NCBI GenBank assembly: GCA_951406725.2
Contig: OX597814.1
Coordinates: 172,298,001-172,362,000, forward strand
Length of the DNA stretch: 64,000 nt
Direction: 5' to 3'
DNA from: Octopus vulgaris
Taxonomy: Eukaryota
Made by a program: the position numbers and the translations under genes. This document shows positions 25,200 through 36,998 of the stretch, one piece after another. The first letter of the stretch is position 1. Each line of letters begins with the position of its first letter. Under the pieces are notes generated by a model that had not been told where the DNA came from, did not search any database, and saw only the letters and a list, made by a program, of their open reading frames with translations.

Positions 25200-25326
25200 A
25201 CGGGAAGCTTTATGAAAATAAACAAAAGACGAAGGCAGGTGGAAAACAAACGAACAATTGTATTAGTATGGCGCTCAGGAAATATAAATAAAACAATTCT
25301 TTAACGTTTCGAGCCTACGTTTCGAG

Positions 25327-25330
<4 letters not shown>
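25200..25330 (-). mobile_element. Truncated family E element in (TA)n
   Basis: Homologous to 27905-28095 and 48416-48602. Truncated inside the HHR with a 13-bp duplication ACGTTTCGAGCCT. Confidence 0.65.
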
Positions 25331-25369
<39 letters not shown>

Positions 25370-25623
25370 TTATATATATATACATAGATACATACATACA
25401 TACATAGGCACACATATTATATATGTTACAAAAAGAAACTAGAATCTACACGTGGAAATGTAAGGGGAAAGTAAGAAGAATAATAATAAGCGAAAATGCA
25501 CATTGGAAATCAAAACAAGTAAAGACTTTTTATGAAAAGTAACGATAGTTTTATACAATTAGATGAGCTGAAGAAGGAATAAAAGTAATAAAAGTCATTA
25601 TTGTGAATTGTTAAAGAGATTCA

Positions 25624-25662
25624 AAAGCATACCGGTTTCGTGAATTTACTAATCATTGCTTT
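25624..25662 (-). ncRNA. Minimal type I hammerhead-like ribozyme, A3-U8 core
   Basis: Minus strand: AAAGCA [ATGATTA] GT-AAATTC-AC [GAAAC] CG [GTA] TGCTTT. Helix I is 6 bp; helix II is weak. Confidence 0.55.
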
Positions 25663-26123
25663 AAAGAAAAATAAGGGTAACTCAGCGCAGTTCATTGGGA
25701 AATATGCAAATAAATAAAGTTTTATTAGAAACACGATAACACTTCCACATAGGCTCCATTAGTTGTACGCAATAAATAGATAGAATAAATTGTGGAAGTT
25801 ATAAAGATAATTTATGGACACCCTGTATTATCAAATTGGCTCTTAAAAAAAGCAAAAAATATTTTGTCAATTACTATATTATAGAGTGAGTTAACTCACA
25901 AAGACTAGCGTCCTATCCTATAGGGGCTTTTTTATTTCATCAAGTAAAGCCCCAAATAGATTAAACTTGCATTCAAGTCTTAAGAGTTTGCAGTTTAATT
26001 GCAGTAGTAGATAAACTTGTTATTTAGCCTGAGATCAATGGTAATCGAGTACGTGATAAAAGGTATTCATGCCGTGTCCAACCAACTCATTTTTTCAGGC
26101 GATGTGTACTTAGGACTATCTTA

Positions 26124-26349
26124 TTTCTTTATTGCCCACAAGGGGCTAAACATAGAGAGGACAAACAAAGACAGACAAAGGGATTAAGTCGATTACATCG
26201 ACCCCAGTTCGTAACTCGTACTTAATTTATCGACCCCGAAAGGATGAAAGGCAAAATCGACCTCGGCGGAATTTGAACTCAGAACGTAACGGCAGACGAA
26301 ATACTGCTAAGCATTTCTCCCGGCGCGCTAACGTTTCTGCCAACGCCTC
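26124..26349 (-). mobile_element. SINE family B monomer with 13-bp TSD
   Basis: TSD TAGGACTATCTTA at 26111-26123 and 26350-26362. Confidence 0.9.
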
Positions 26350-26846
26350 TAGGACTATCTTACTGAATGCGATCGCTTTTTCTGTGATGGAACGGTATGA
26401 TTTGAAGAATTTGGCAAGAATTTCTCGTAGGTTGAGCGAAAGTGTTCAACGAAAGAGCCTCTCTACACTGCAGAAAGCAACTCAATGATCCATTATAATT
26501 AACGGTAGAATTAGTATAGGTTGTGGTGGAGGTGTTAGTGGTAGTTGTACTGTTGATGCAGTCCTCGGTAGAGTTGGGAAAAGGACGGCGATACCGGTCG
26601 AAGAGTTGATACGTTCATATTCATACCACTAGAGTGTTGGCAAGGGATGGCAGTAATAGCAATAATGAGGGCTGGTTTTAAATGCTATAAAAATCTTTTG
26701 GACGCAAAATACCGGATTGTAAGTGACAAACAGTCGAGACAAGCATTTTTTTCCTATTGTATCTTTCAATTATTATTTCTTTAAAATTTCGTTTATTATT
26801 ATCATCATCACCATCATCCTCATTTTCCTTATTATTATTATTATTA

Positions 26847-26908
<62 letters not shown>

Positions 26909-27173
26909 GCTGTTGTTGTTGTTGTTACCTTTTCTGTTTTTTTTGTTTTGTTTTTTTTTTCAGTCTCATGTAAAGTACATTTCTGTCATAAAGTTATGGT
27001 GAACGCAATAAAATGACGCGTTAATGTAAAGACAGTTTCACTGGGCAGACTATAAAATACAAATATAACATCGGCAGCAAAGGTTGAAAATGAGGAAACA
27101 ATAAAAGTAAAATAAAATTACAAATAAAGTTAAAAATAACAACAACAGCAATAGCAACAACAACAACAACAAC

Positions 27174-27225
<52 letters not shown>

Positions 27226-27604
27226 GTAATAATAATAATGGTAATAGTAATAAACAGAATCGTTACAAATGCAGAGTTATATGGCAGGAAATTCTTTAAG
27301 TATTCCAATTTTTCTGTGTTTGGAGCTGAGAGATCTTAAAGAAGTGAGAAATTGATTTTTTTTTAACGTTTTGTTTTTTAACGACAATCATAGAACGACA
27401 AAGATCGTGTCCATGAAATGTCCCTTTTTTGCAGCTTTTAAGAAATATTTGTTTTAGATCATTGGTGTGGTGGTGGTGGTGGTGGTGGTTGTGGTGGTGA
27501 GGGTAGTTTGTTAGATTCTGAAAAGCTGTCGAGAAGATGGCATGAGGTAAGTAAGTTAGATACGCATCTTTACATACCGAGTTCAAACTCTTGTCTGAAA
27601 CGAT

Positions 27605-27830
27605 ATTCTTTCATTTATTCTATTACTTGTTTCAGTCATTTGACTGCGGCCATGCTGGAGCACCACCTTAAAAGGATTCAGTCGGAGAAATCGACCGCAG
27701 GACTTATCCTTCGTGAGCCTAGGACTTATTGTTTCGAACACTTTTGCCGAACCGCGAAGTTACGGGGGATATAAACACATCAGCATCAGTTGTCAAGCAA
27801 CCGCGGAGTGGACACACACACGGACACACA
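27605..27830 (-). mobile_element. SINE family A 3' half
   Basis: TTACTTGTTTCAGTCATTTGACTGCGGCCATGCTGGAGCACC..TTTTGCCGAACCGC. Confidence 0.8.
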
Positions 27831-27862
27831 CACACATATATATATTTACAATACCTATGGTC

Positions 27863-27904
<42 letters not shown>

Positions 27905-27909
<5 letters not shown>

Positions 27910-28095
27910 GGAGAATTCACAAAAAAAAACAAAAGACGAAGACAGCTGGTGTAGACAACAAACAGATGTATTAGCTTAACGCTCGGGAAGTAAAAAAAGT
28001 CTTTAACTTTTCGAGCCTACGCTCTTTCCAGAAAGGAACACAGAAAGAAACAAGGAGAGAAAATAAAGAATGTGTAGTGGTTAATGATCTATCAA
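27905..28095 (-). mobile_element. Family E element with decayed HHR (28001-28035)
   Basis: Minus strand: CTTT CTGGAAA GAGC-GTAG-GCTC GAAAAGTT AAAG. Abuts (TA)n. Confidence 0.65.
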
Positions 28096-28289
28096 GGTAC
28101 TTAAGTTGAAGCACCAAGTGAGTCCGGTATTATCAGCACAGCTCGAAGTAAGGTGAATAAAATCAAAATAAGCCACAGGATATCAAGTAGTGATGCAGTA
28201 CGACCGTTTCAAGCGGCTCCATTTAATTGAACAATGCATTCATTATATCAATTTAAATGCACTGCATTTAAATTAATATATATATAATT

Positions 28290-28359
<70 letters not shown>

Positions 28360-29617
28360 GTGTTCATAACAGTTGTGATATATGCTGGTAGACTCCAGAA
28401 GGAAACGAAAGATTAATCTGTAGTAATGATATGGCAAAGTAAGTAGGCGGTCATCACGGATAAAATCTTAAAATTGAAAGAGATATAAGAGTGAAGATTA
28501 CCTCTTACAGATTTTTCCCTTCATTTTTAGTTTTACGGTTTATACTCGTGATGATCTTCTTCAATCCAAAGTATGTCGTGCCAGAACTACGAATTCACCT
28601 TGTGTTTATTTCTGGAGTATAACAGAGCACATCGCAAATATTATGAACGTACCTTGGTAGTGCTTTTACCGATCCCTTGTGATTTGTATTCCTTTATGCA
28701 TTCGTTTCCTTCTATATGTTGTGTAAATATGTTATAATATGATCCGATACTTATTGTTTGCCTGTCTATCCTTTGATTCTATTATACATACATACAAACA
28801 TATATATATATACCATACATACATACATACATCATATATACGTATATACATTCATACATAAACACATACATACATACATAAAATACACACACATGTGCAT
28901 GCGCATAGACACAGGAATAAATGAGTTTGGGTATATAACGAGTGAATTGAATAAACAAATGAAACCATTTACAAACGAATCAGCATCTGAAAGACAATCA
29001 GTAGAGTTCGAAGTGTCGTGTAGTCATCAACATGGAAGCATACATAGGTACACTTACTTGTATGTATAGCACATTTACTAAGATACTGTCAAATGCTGGA
29101 AAGTCTAACTAACTCTCCAGCAAAAGAAATATAACGGCTTTTAAATTGATTTTGTTCATCTATATTTCACGGAACTAATAGTAAAATTATTGGGTTATTT
29201 CAGAAAACTTTATCCAAAGAAAAAAATTTGAAAGCGTAGCCTGTGTTGTGTCTGTATCAAAAATAGTTGTTCCTCTGCTACTCATTGAAAAGAGAAGGAA
29301 ATTTGAATACGATGATTAATTGATGCACTTCAAATATAGACTTTATATACTTTAAGCACAGTTTTATAGACTTAATACACTGTACTCTCCCTCTTTCTCT
29401 CTTACTCTTCGTCTTGCCCTCTTTTTCTCTCACCTTTTTCTTTCGCTTTTTTCTTTTCCCTTCAACTGATCACGTGAAAGTATTACAGACAGGCTAAGTA
29501 ACGGAGAAAAAACAGTTTAAAAAGTTTACATTTCACACCAGAACCCCCTCCCCTCCCCCCTCAACTTATCGCGTGGAAGCGTGACAGAAGGGCTAAGTAA
29601 CGGAGTGACAAGGTGAA

Positions 29618-29981
29618 TTATTACCTCTGCCTTAGCGAATGCGGAGGTATTGTTTTCAATTGTGTTTGTTTGTTTTTTTTGTCCGTGGACAAGATATCTC
29701 AAGAACCACCTGATGGATTCGGATGAAACTTTCAGGGATATTTGGGCTCAAGACTGGCACGAACTGTTCAAATTTTAGGATCAATCCGATTCGGGACAAG
29801 GATTTTTTCCGTTTTTTAACTTAATTTTTGAGAGCGGTCGGGTTCATTTTTAGTATTCTCGTTTGTGAGAGCAGTCAGGTTTATTTCAGATATTTTCATT
29901 TTAAACATCATCTCCGGCTAATCGTTGAGAGGACGTTGGTGTTGCCTCGGCAGAAGTTTGCGCTCTATGAGTGCTCTTGTT
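29618..29981 (+). mobile_element. Helentron-associated (HINE/DINE-1-like) non-autonomous element
   Basis: TTATTACCTCTGCC..GCGGAGGT 5' inverted repeat, (GTTT)n, 3' subTIR GGCAGAAGT, stem-loop GCGCTC-TAT-GAGTGC, ending CTTGTT. Confidence 0.8.
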
Positions 29982-30708
29982 ATAACTATTTTAATAGCGA
30001 AATAACCCTTCAAGACTATTCAGCGAGCAAGTATAAAGTAGCGTAAATCTAAAGACTTCTATCAGAGTGAGCATGACTACATTAGAAGAAAGTGTATGAA
30101 GCAAACCCTTGTGAAAACGAATCCTTAATTCAAACAGTATAAATAAGTTGTTATACGCACACATAGAGTATACAATAATCATTTACGAGAATTCGCAAGT
30201 ATTTTACACCCAAACAGACATACATTTTTGTTTATCTTACACTCATTACCCAAACGTTTCAATACACACACACACACACAAACACACAGAGTAACATAGT
30301 ATTGCGCTTTGAGAGTGTTTTTAACTGTTGCACTTACACCCAAGCAAACACAAATTTTTGTTTATCTCATACATATACTATAAATATATACACCATAATA
30401 GAATATTCTATAAACATTTATGAGAATTTGGAAAGATTTCCACGCGTAAGCAGATATAAATTTTAGTTTATCTTAATAGCAGGGTCATGAAAGTCTGGAG
30501 CAGTGAGGGAGAAAAAAAACAACAAAGCAAACAAAAAAGAAGGAAAAAACACAGAAATAACAACGACCATCGTGGAATGGAATGAGAAGGAAAGACATAC
30601 CATGTTCCCACAAACACAAGACACTTTAGGAGGAATGTATGAGAAGGAAGTAAACGTGCTGCTTTATCATACTCTTTCTTTATGTGGTTATAATATATAT
30701 ATATATAT

Positions 30709-30770
<62 letters not shown>

Positions 30771-30896
30771 CAAATTCACACATCCCTATATACACACATA
30801 CACAAATACGCACGCACACACAACACACATACACACACACTCACACATATATATATATGCATATTTAACATACATACGTATATATATATACGTATA

Positions 30897-30936
<40 letters not shown>

Positions 30937-31018
30937 CAAATATAATAAGTGTATGTATAGATATATACATATATATACATAAATATTTACATACAGATAT
31001 ATATATATATATGCATAC

Positions 31019-31070
<52 letters not shown>

Positions 31071-31166
31071 GTATGCATATCTATATATTCATATACATAC
31101 ATATATAAATATACACACATAAACACGAACGCGTACACACGACACACAAACACACATATATATATA

Positions 31167-32330
31167 CACGGCTTCGTGCCGAAGAGATCATGCTTGACCA
31201 ACTTACTAGTAATGGAAGAATTGGTGACGCGCATCCTCGATGATAGTGATGCTGTTGACATCGTTTTATTGGACTTTGCCAAAGCTTTTGACTCGGTAAA
31301 CCACCGCCTACTACTTGTCAAGCTTCAAGCATATAGTTTCCATCCGGATATTGTACGATGGGTTGGTGCCTTCCTCTCAGAACGCTCCTTCCAAGTTCAA
31401 GTTAATGGTTCGCGGTCCGACGTCTCCAGTGCGAGCAGTGGCGTGCCTCAAGGTTCAGTGCTTGGGCCCTTGTTGTTCTTAGTCTTCATAAATGACTTGC
31501 CCGACGACCTCACGCAACACACCCTTCTATTTGCCGACGATATCAAACTGGTCGCTCCTCGCGGTAGTATAGAGGATCTTCGTCGATGCCTCCACCAAAT
31601 TTGGAAGTGGTCTAACGATTGGGACCTGTGTCTGAACGTGTCAAAGTGCTGTCATCTGCCTGTCGGCTCTACTCCTGCAACTCAACTTGATTTCGAGCCG
31701 GGTCGTCTGCTGCTGGAGAGGACCGATCAGGTAAAGGACCTGGGTATCTTGGTGGATTCCTCCTTTTCGCCTTCGGCCCAGTGCGTCCATGCTGCCAACA
31801 AAGCGCGAGGAATTCTGTTTTTGATTCGACGGTCATTCGGAATGCTCACAGCAGACATATTCCTGCCACTCTATGTCACGCTGGTGAGACCCATATTGGA
31901 GTATGGGATTCAAGCCTCTTCTCCTTATCTCCTCAAAGACATACAGCACCTCGAAAGAGTCCAGAGGCTGGCTACCCGCATGGTTCATGGTCTCAAAAAT
32001 TTGTCCTACGAAGAAAGGCTGAGGACGCTCGACCTTTGTTCTCTTGAAAAACGCCGCCGCCGTGGTGATCTCATTCTCGCCCACAACATCATAAGCGGGA
32101 AGTGTAACCTCTCGAAAGAGCTGTTCTTCACTCCTGCTCCGGAGCGTCGGCTGCGGGGTCATTCCGAAAAGCTCTACCTGCGACGATTTCATCTCAATCG
32201 AAGGAGAGGAGCTTTCTCCGTCCGGGTTGCGGATCCGTGGAACAAGCTGCCAGACGAGATGGTGAAGATGCCGACGACCGCTTTGTTCAAAGCCTCCCTG
32301 GACCTCAAGTGGCCTGAACTCTTTACATGA
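31167..32330 (+). CDS. CR1 ORF2 reverse transcriptase and C-terminal domain (partial, uninterrupted 387 aa)
   Basis: Motifs [80 protein letters not shown] and [13 protein letters not shown]. Confidence 0.92.
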   Translation, partial: HGFVPKRSCLTNLLVMEELVTRILDDSDAVDIVLLDFAKAFDSVNHRLLLVKLQAYSFHPDIVRWVGAFLSERSFQVQVNGSRSDVSSASSGVPQGSVLGPLLFLVFINDLPDDLTQHTLLFADDIKLVAPRGSIEDLRRCLHQIWKWSNDWDLCLNVSKCCHLPVGSTPATQLDFEPGRLLLERTDQVKDLGILVDSSFSPSAQCVHAANKARGILFLIRRSFGMLTADIFLPLYVTLVRPILEYGIQASSPYLLKDIQHLERVQRLATRMVHGLKNLSYEERLRTLDLCSLEKRRRRGDLILAHNIISGKCNLSKELFFTPAPERRLRGHSEKLYLRRFHLNRRRGAFSVRVADPWNKLPDEMVKMPTTALFKASLDLKWPELFT

Positions 32331-32422
32331 ACACCACCCTGTACTTAACTCCATGTCCCCCTACATGGCCTTGCTATTTGCTTTTGAGCCAAATTAACTA
32401 ACTAACTAACTAACTAACTAAC
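31167..32422 (+). mobile_element. 5'-truncated CR1-clade LINE with (TAAC)n 3' tail
   Basis: Abrupt GC rise after a microsatellite, RT ORF to 32330, short 3'UTR and (TAAC)n to 32422. Confidence 0.93.
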
Positions 32423-33102
32423 ATAGCAAGGTGAAATCTGTCTTCCATCCTTTGGGGAATAGATCAATAGTGCAAAGCTGTGGATCATTAGATTAGCAGG
32501 ACTTTTTGAGCATCAAGCAAGGTGCCTGAAGGTATCTTTTCTGTTTTTGTTCGTTCTGAGTTCAAATTTCGCCCCGTATTCCTGAACTACGACAAAGAGA
32601 TAATACAATATAAACGCTAGGTAAAGAATCAATAGAAAACACAGTGTCCTTGGTTCGATTATATAATAGATTGGCTCTAACTCCAACATATATATATATA
32701 TATATGTGTGTATACAAAATATATATAAAAATACAAAATGGGACAAGAACGCAAAACACTCAAATAGAACTCCCAGAATTTGAAGGTGGTCTCTATTGGG
32801 ATGATGCTCTGTTTGTGGTTTGAAATGCCTCCAACCGTAAAAATCGAAATATATCAGAAGATTCTTATATAGTTATGAAAATGAATGGTTCTATCTTAAA
32901 TTCGAGAGATAAAAGAGGTTTTTCTTGTTAACATATATCTAAATTCCTTTTCATTAACCTTAAATAGTCTTACTGATACTCTTTTTCATTTTTTATTATT
33001 TCTTATTATACTCTTAAGTATATGCGTATGTATGTCTTCTCTGTGTGTGCATGCACATATGTGTGCCTGTGTAGGTATGTTTATGTACTTGTGCTCATGT
33101 AT

Positions 33103-33158
<56 letters not shown>

Positions 33159-33163
<5 letters not shown>

Positions 33164-33363
33164 ATCCAAACAAGAAAGCACAAAAAAAAACACAACAACG
33201 CGAAGACGTGGAATAAATATAGTATTATTGGACGCTCAGGAAAGAAGGAAAAAAGGAGGGTTTAACGTTTCGAGCGAAACTCTTCGTCGGAAACATAGGA
33301 GAAGGAAAGATCCAGAGAAGGGAAAACAGAGGGAAAAAATCGCCAACGGTACACATGCGGTCA
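33159..33363 (-). mobile_element. Family E element with HHR-like motif (33260-33294)
   Basis: Minus strand: GTTT CCGACGA A GAGT-TTC-GCTC GAAAC GTT AAAC. Flanked by (TA)n. Confidence 0.7.
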
Positions 33364-33392
33364 AATTTTGAATGTATATATATATATATATA

Positions 33393-33429
<37 letters not shown>

Positions 33430-33792
33430 TGATTAATTCTAGTTTCAGCTCACGAGCAGTGGCCATGCTGGGGCACCGCCATTTATATATATATATATAT
33501 ATATAATTTCAACAATTGAGGGTAAAATTAATTAATTATTAATCAATTTCACCAAGTATTCAGTATGTAAAGGGACCATTTAAGGCGAATTCAAAATATT
33601 ACATTTTATAAAGGGCTTAGTAAAATAAATTACTTTGCCACATACTGAACTCATTAGAAATAGCAGCCAAAAAAAATTTTTTTTAGCCATTTCTAATACT
33701 TAAAGAAAATTTCTCTCAGATAGTGTTTACTCAAAATAACCCACGAAGGTATGGGGGTAAAAACATTAAAAAAATCACAAGTGCAAAGATTA

Positions 33793-33854
33793 TTTGAGAA
33801 CGTACGTTTCTAGATCAGCCAAATACAATTCGACATTTCTTTCGTCAGCTCAAA
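33793..33854 (-). ncRNA. Type I hammerhead ribozyme motif (C3-G8)
   Basis: Reverse complement of 34595-34656. Confidence 0.72.
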
Positions 33855-34594
33855 ATTTCTTAATTCGGATTTGTAAACACTGAAAGTAGGAGCATACCCT
33901 TTTGGCGACTTTTCACCTCCGAAGATCCGTTCAAACTAACAGTGCCAACAAATTCAAAATATGCAAGCGAAGAATTTCTGCCCTCCCCTTCCACCCACGT
34001 GGGCTAAACTAGCAAACACCATGTTTTATCGGTGAAAACCGAAGCATTAAACAGAGAGAAATGAATTATAATTTCAACAATTGAGGGTAAAATTAATTAA
34101 TTATTAATCAATTTCACCAAGTATTCAGTATGTAAAGGGACCATTTAAGGCGAATTCAAAATATTACATTTTATAAAGGGCTTAGTAAAATAAATTACTT
34201 TGCCACATACTGAACTCATTAGAAATAGCAGCCAAATAAAAATTTTTTTAGCCATTTCTAATACTTAAAGAAAATTTCTCTCAGATAGTGTTTACTCAAA
34301 ATAACCCACGAAGGTATGGGGGTAAAAACATTTTTTTAGCCATTTCTAATACTTAAAGAAAATTTCTCTCAGATAGTGTTTACTCAAAATAACCCACGAA
34401 GGTATGGGGGTAAAAACATTAAAAACATGGTGTTTGCTAGTTTAGCCCACGTGGGTGGAAGGGGAGGGCAGAAATTCTTCGCTTGCATATTTTGAATTTG
34501 TTGGCACTGTTAGTTTGAACGGATCTTCGGAGGTGAAAAGTCGCCAAAAGGGTATGCTCCTACTTTCAGTGTTTACAAATCCGAATTAAGAAAT

Positions 34595-34656
34595 TTTGAG
34601 CTGACGAAAGAAATGTCGAATTGTATTTGGCTGATCTAGAAACGTACGTTCTCAAA
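34595..34656 (+). ncRNA. Type I hammerhead ribozyme motif (C3-G8)
   Basis: TTTGAG [CTGACGA] AAGA..GTCGAA-TTGTA-TTTGGC..TCTA [GAAAC] GTAC [GTT] CTCAAA. Palindromic helix III ACGTACGT. Confidence 0.72.
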
Positions 34657-34845
34657 TAATCTTTGCACTTGTGATTTTTTTAATGTTTTTACCCCCATAC
34701 CTTCGTGGGTTATTTTGAGTAAACACTATCTGAGAGAAATTTTCTTTAAGTATTAGAAATGGCTAAAAAAATTTTTTTGGCTGCTATTTCTAATGAGTTC
34801 AGTATGTGGCAAAGTAATTTATTTTACTAAGCCCTTTATAAAATG

Positions 34846-34896
<51 letters not shown>

Positions 34897-34991
34897 GTAT
34901 ATATATATAATGTATATATGTATATATATATATATACATATATATAATATATATATATAGTGTATATATATATAATGTATATATATATATA

Positions 34992-35029
<38 letters not shown>

Positions 35030-35416
35030 TATGTATGTATATACATATATACATACACACACATACACACACATACACACACACATATATATACATATAT
35101 ATATGTATATATATAACTGTATATAACTTTATTATCCTTATTTTTACTTTTATTACTCTTGTCTTTTACTTCTATTTCTTACTTTATTTTTTAACTTTTA
35201 TTTTTTCTATCTTATACACGCTAATTAAATATAAACTCAATCCAATCTATTTAACATTCACTCTAAGCTGGATGGTGGTACAGTATGGGCAGATTTTTGA
35301 AATCCAACGAACCTTTATACAAATATACATTTCCAAGGAGATGTGACAAACCTATTATAATTGGTAATGCTACGTGTACTTTTTATTTTGTGAAGTAATC
35401 TATGGACTAACAATGC

Positions 35417-35511
35417 TTGCGGCTGAAGAGAGCTTTAAACCATCTTTTATATCAATAATATATTGATGTAATAACAGATTGTTTATAAAACTTGAAACAC
35501 GTGTACCGCGA
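35417..35511 (+). ncRNA. Type I hammerhead ribozyme motif with long helix II
   Basis: TTGCGG [CTGAAGA] GAG..64-nt extended hairpin..CTT [GAAAC] ACGT [GTA] CCGCGA. Confidence 0.75.
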
Positions 35512-35546
35512 TATCCTTTGTGTTCTGTTTTTAATTTATGTTTGAT

Positions 35547-35607
<61 letters not shown>

Positions 35608-36005
35608 TATATATATATATATGTATATTCGCATGTAGGTATGTATGTACGTGTATAATTGCATGCTTTTTTGTGTGTTTGCGCATGAATGTATTTTATG
35701 ATTATGTCTATATGTGTATATACTCGTATATGTATGTGTGTATGCATGTATACTTGTTTGCCTGTGTATACATATTTTTGTGTATGGATACATTAACACG
35801 CACACATATGTATGTATATGCTTTTCAGATTTCGTTTTGTGCAAGATTTCCTTTTTTGACCTGACTTGACCTGGTGTTTACCATTTAAGTGCCTGAGTCC
35901 TGAACGAATTGCGTGTGTGTGCGCGCGCGCGTTTATGTGTGTGAATGTGTGTGCGTGCGTTTGTAAGCGCTCACTTGTACACACGTACCAAGACATATAT
36001 GACAG

Positions 36006-36042
<37 letters not shown>

Positions 36043-36057
36043 CATGCATGTATGTAT

Positions 36058-36631
36058 GTAAGACAATTTTTTCAAGTTTGTTGCACACACGCATTTTTGC
36101 TAGTACATACGCGGTGAAGCTATACATTAGCGTCGTATTATTACGTTCGCTATTTCCAGTAAATATCGGTACTTCGTTGTGCCATATATTTACTTCTTTG
36201 TATAATTTTCCCTCACGGGCTATTCTTTACTGGAAAGCAATACTCTCGTATTGCATTACTAATTTTATTGAAACTTCTTCACCGTTCTCGTTCTGTTAGC
36301 TTTTCGGCGTTTCAGTCGAGTGTATTGGCATTAATGTGGTAACATCTGAAATGTTGTCGTGGTATATGTTTGGCTGATGAAGATAGATCAAGTATATGTG
36401 TGCAGGCATATCTTGAAAAATCTGAAACCGTCTCCGGTCCCACATTATCCTTTTCTAGGTATTTCATCTTTCAGATGTTCTCCCTGAAGGTAAGACAATT
36501 TTTTTCAAGTTTGTTGCACTCACGCATTTTTGCTAGTACATACGCGGTGAAGCTATACATTAGCGTCGTATTATTACGTTCGCTATTTTCAGTAAATATC
36601 GGTACTTCGTTGTGCCATATATTTACTTCTT

Positions 36632-36637
<6 letters not shown>
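36058..36637 (+). mobile_element. Penelope-like pLTR remnant: 147-bp direct repeats (period 432) flanking an HHR
   Basis: 36058-36204 and 36490-36637 differ at about 3 positions. An HHR lies between them and (TA)n flanks the locus. Confidence 0.75.
36372..36435 (+). ncRNA. Type I hammerhead ribozyme motif
   Basis: GG [CTGATGA] AGAT..TCAAG-T-ATATG..CATAT-CTTGA..ATCT [GAAAC] C [GTC] TCC. Helix I is weak. Confidence 0.6.
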
Positions 36638-36679
<42 letters not shown>

Positions 36680-36803
36680 GAAAGAGAGAGAGAGATTGAC
36701 ATAAAGATAGATAGATGGATAGTGTTGGAGTTTTTGTTTCCGATTCGAAATCTTGCTGTGACGCATTCGATTTGCATAATTGCTTTTAATATCTATTTTC
36801 ATT

Positions 36804-36998
36804 AAGGTGGCGAGCTGGCAGAATGCTCGGCGGCATTTCGCCCGTCATTACGTTCTGAGTTCAAATTCCGCTGAGGCCGACTTTACCTTTCATCATTTCA
36901 GGGTCGATAAAATAAGTACCAGTTGCGTACTGCGGGTCGATGTAATCGAGTTACCCTCGACACCGAAATTGCTAGCCTGGCGTCTAAATTTGAAGCCA
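36804..36998 (+). mobile_element. SINE family B, alternative tail
   Basis: AAGGTGGCGAGCTGGCAGAA..GAGTTCAAATTCCGC..GGTCGATAAAATAAGTACCAG..GAAATTGCTAGCC tail. Confidence 0.8.

Larger units (their letters stand above)
33502..34846 (-). mobile_element. Penelope-like pLTR/retrozyme-like array: 565-bp unit, partial tandem copies and an inverted copy
   Basis: Unit 33502-34066, repeats at 34067-34331 and 34332-34425, inverted copy 34422-34846 of 33601-34027. Contains an HHR and has (TA)n on both sides. Confidence 0.8.

Noticed and set aside
28193-28280. GAAACGGTC (minus) closed by a 9-bp helix plus an AATTTAAATGCA hairpin
   Set aside because: No NUGANNA core at the required position; probably a fold-back end of a truncated repeat.
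29706-29737. CTGATGG-ATTCGGAT-GAAAC as a hammerhead
   Set aside because: A9 is missing, there is no helix I or III, and it matches the usual HINE internal GGAT..ATGAAACTT motif.
30684-31166. N-terminal 161 codons of the 548-aa ORF
   Set aside because: Microsatellite fortuitously in frame with the CR1 RT, which starts at about 31167.
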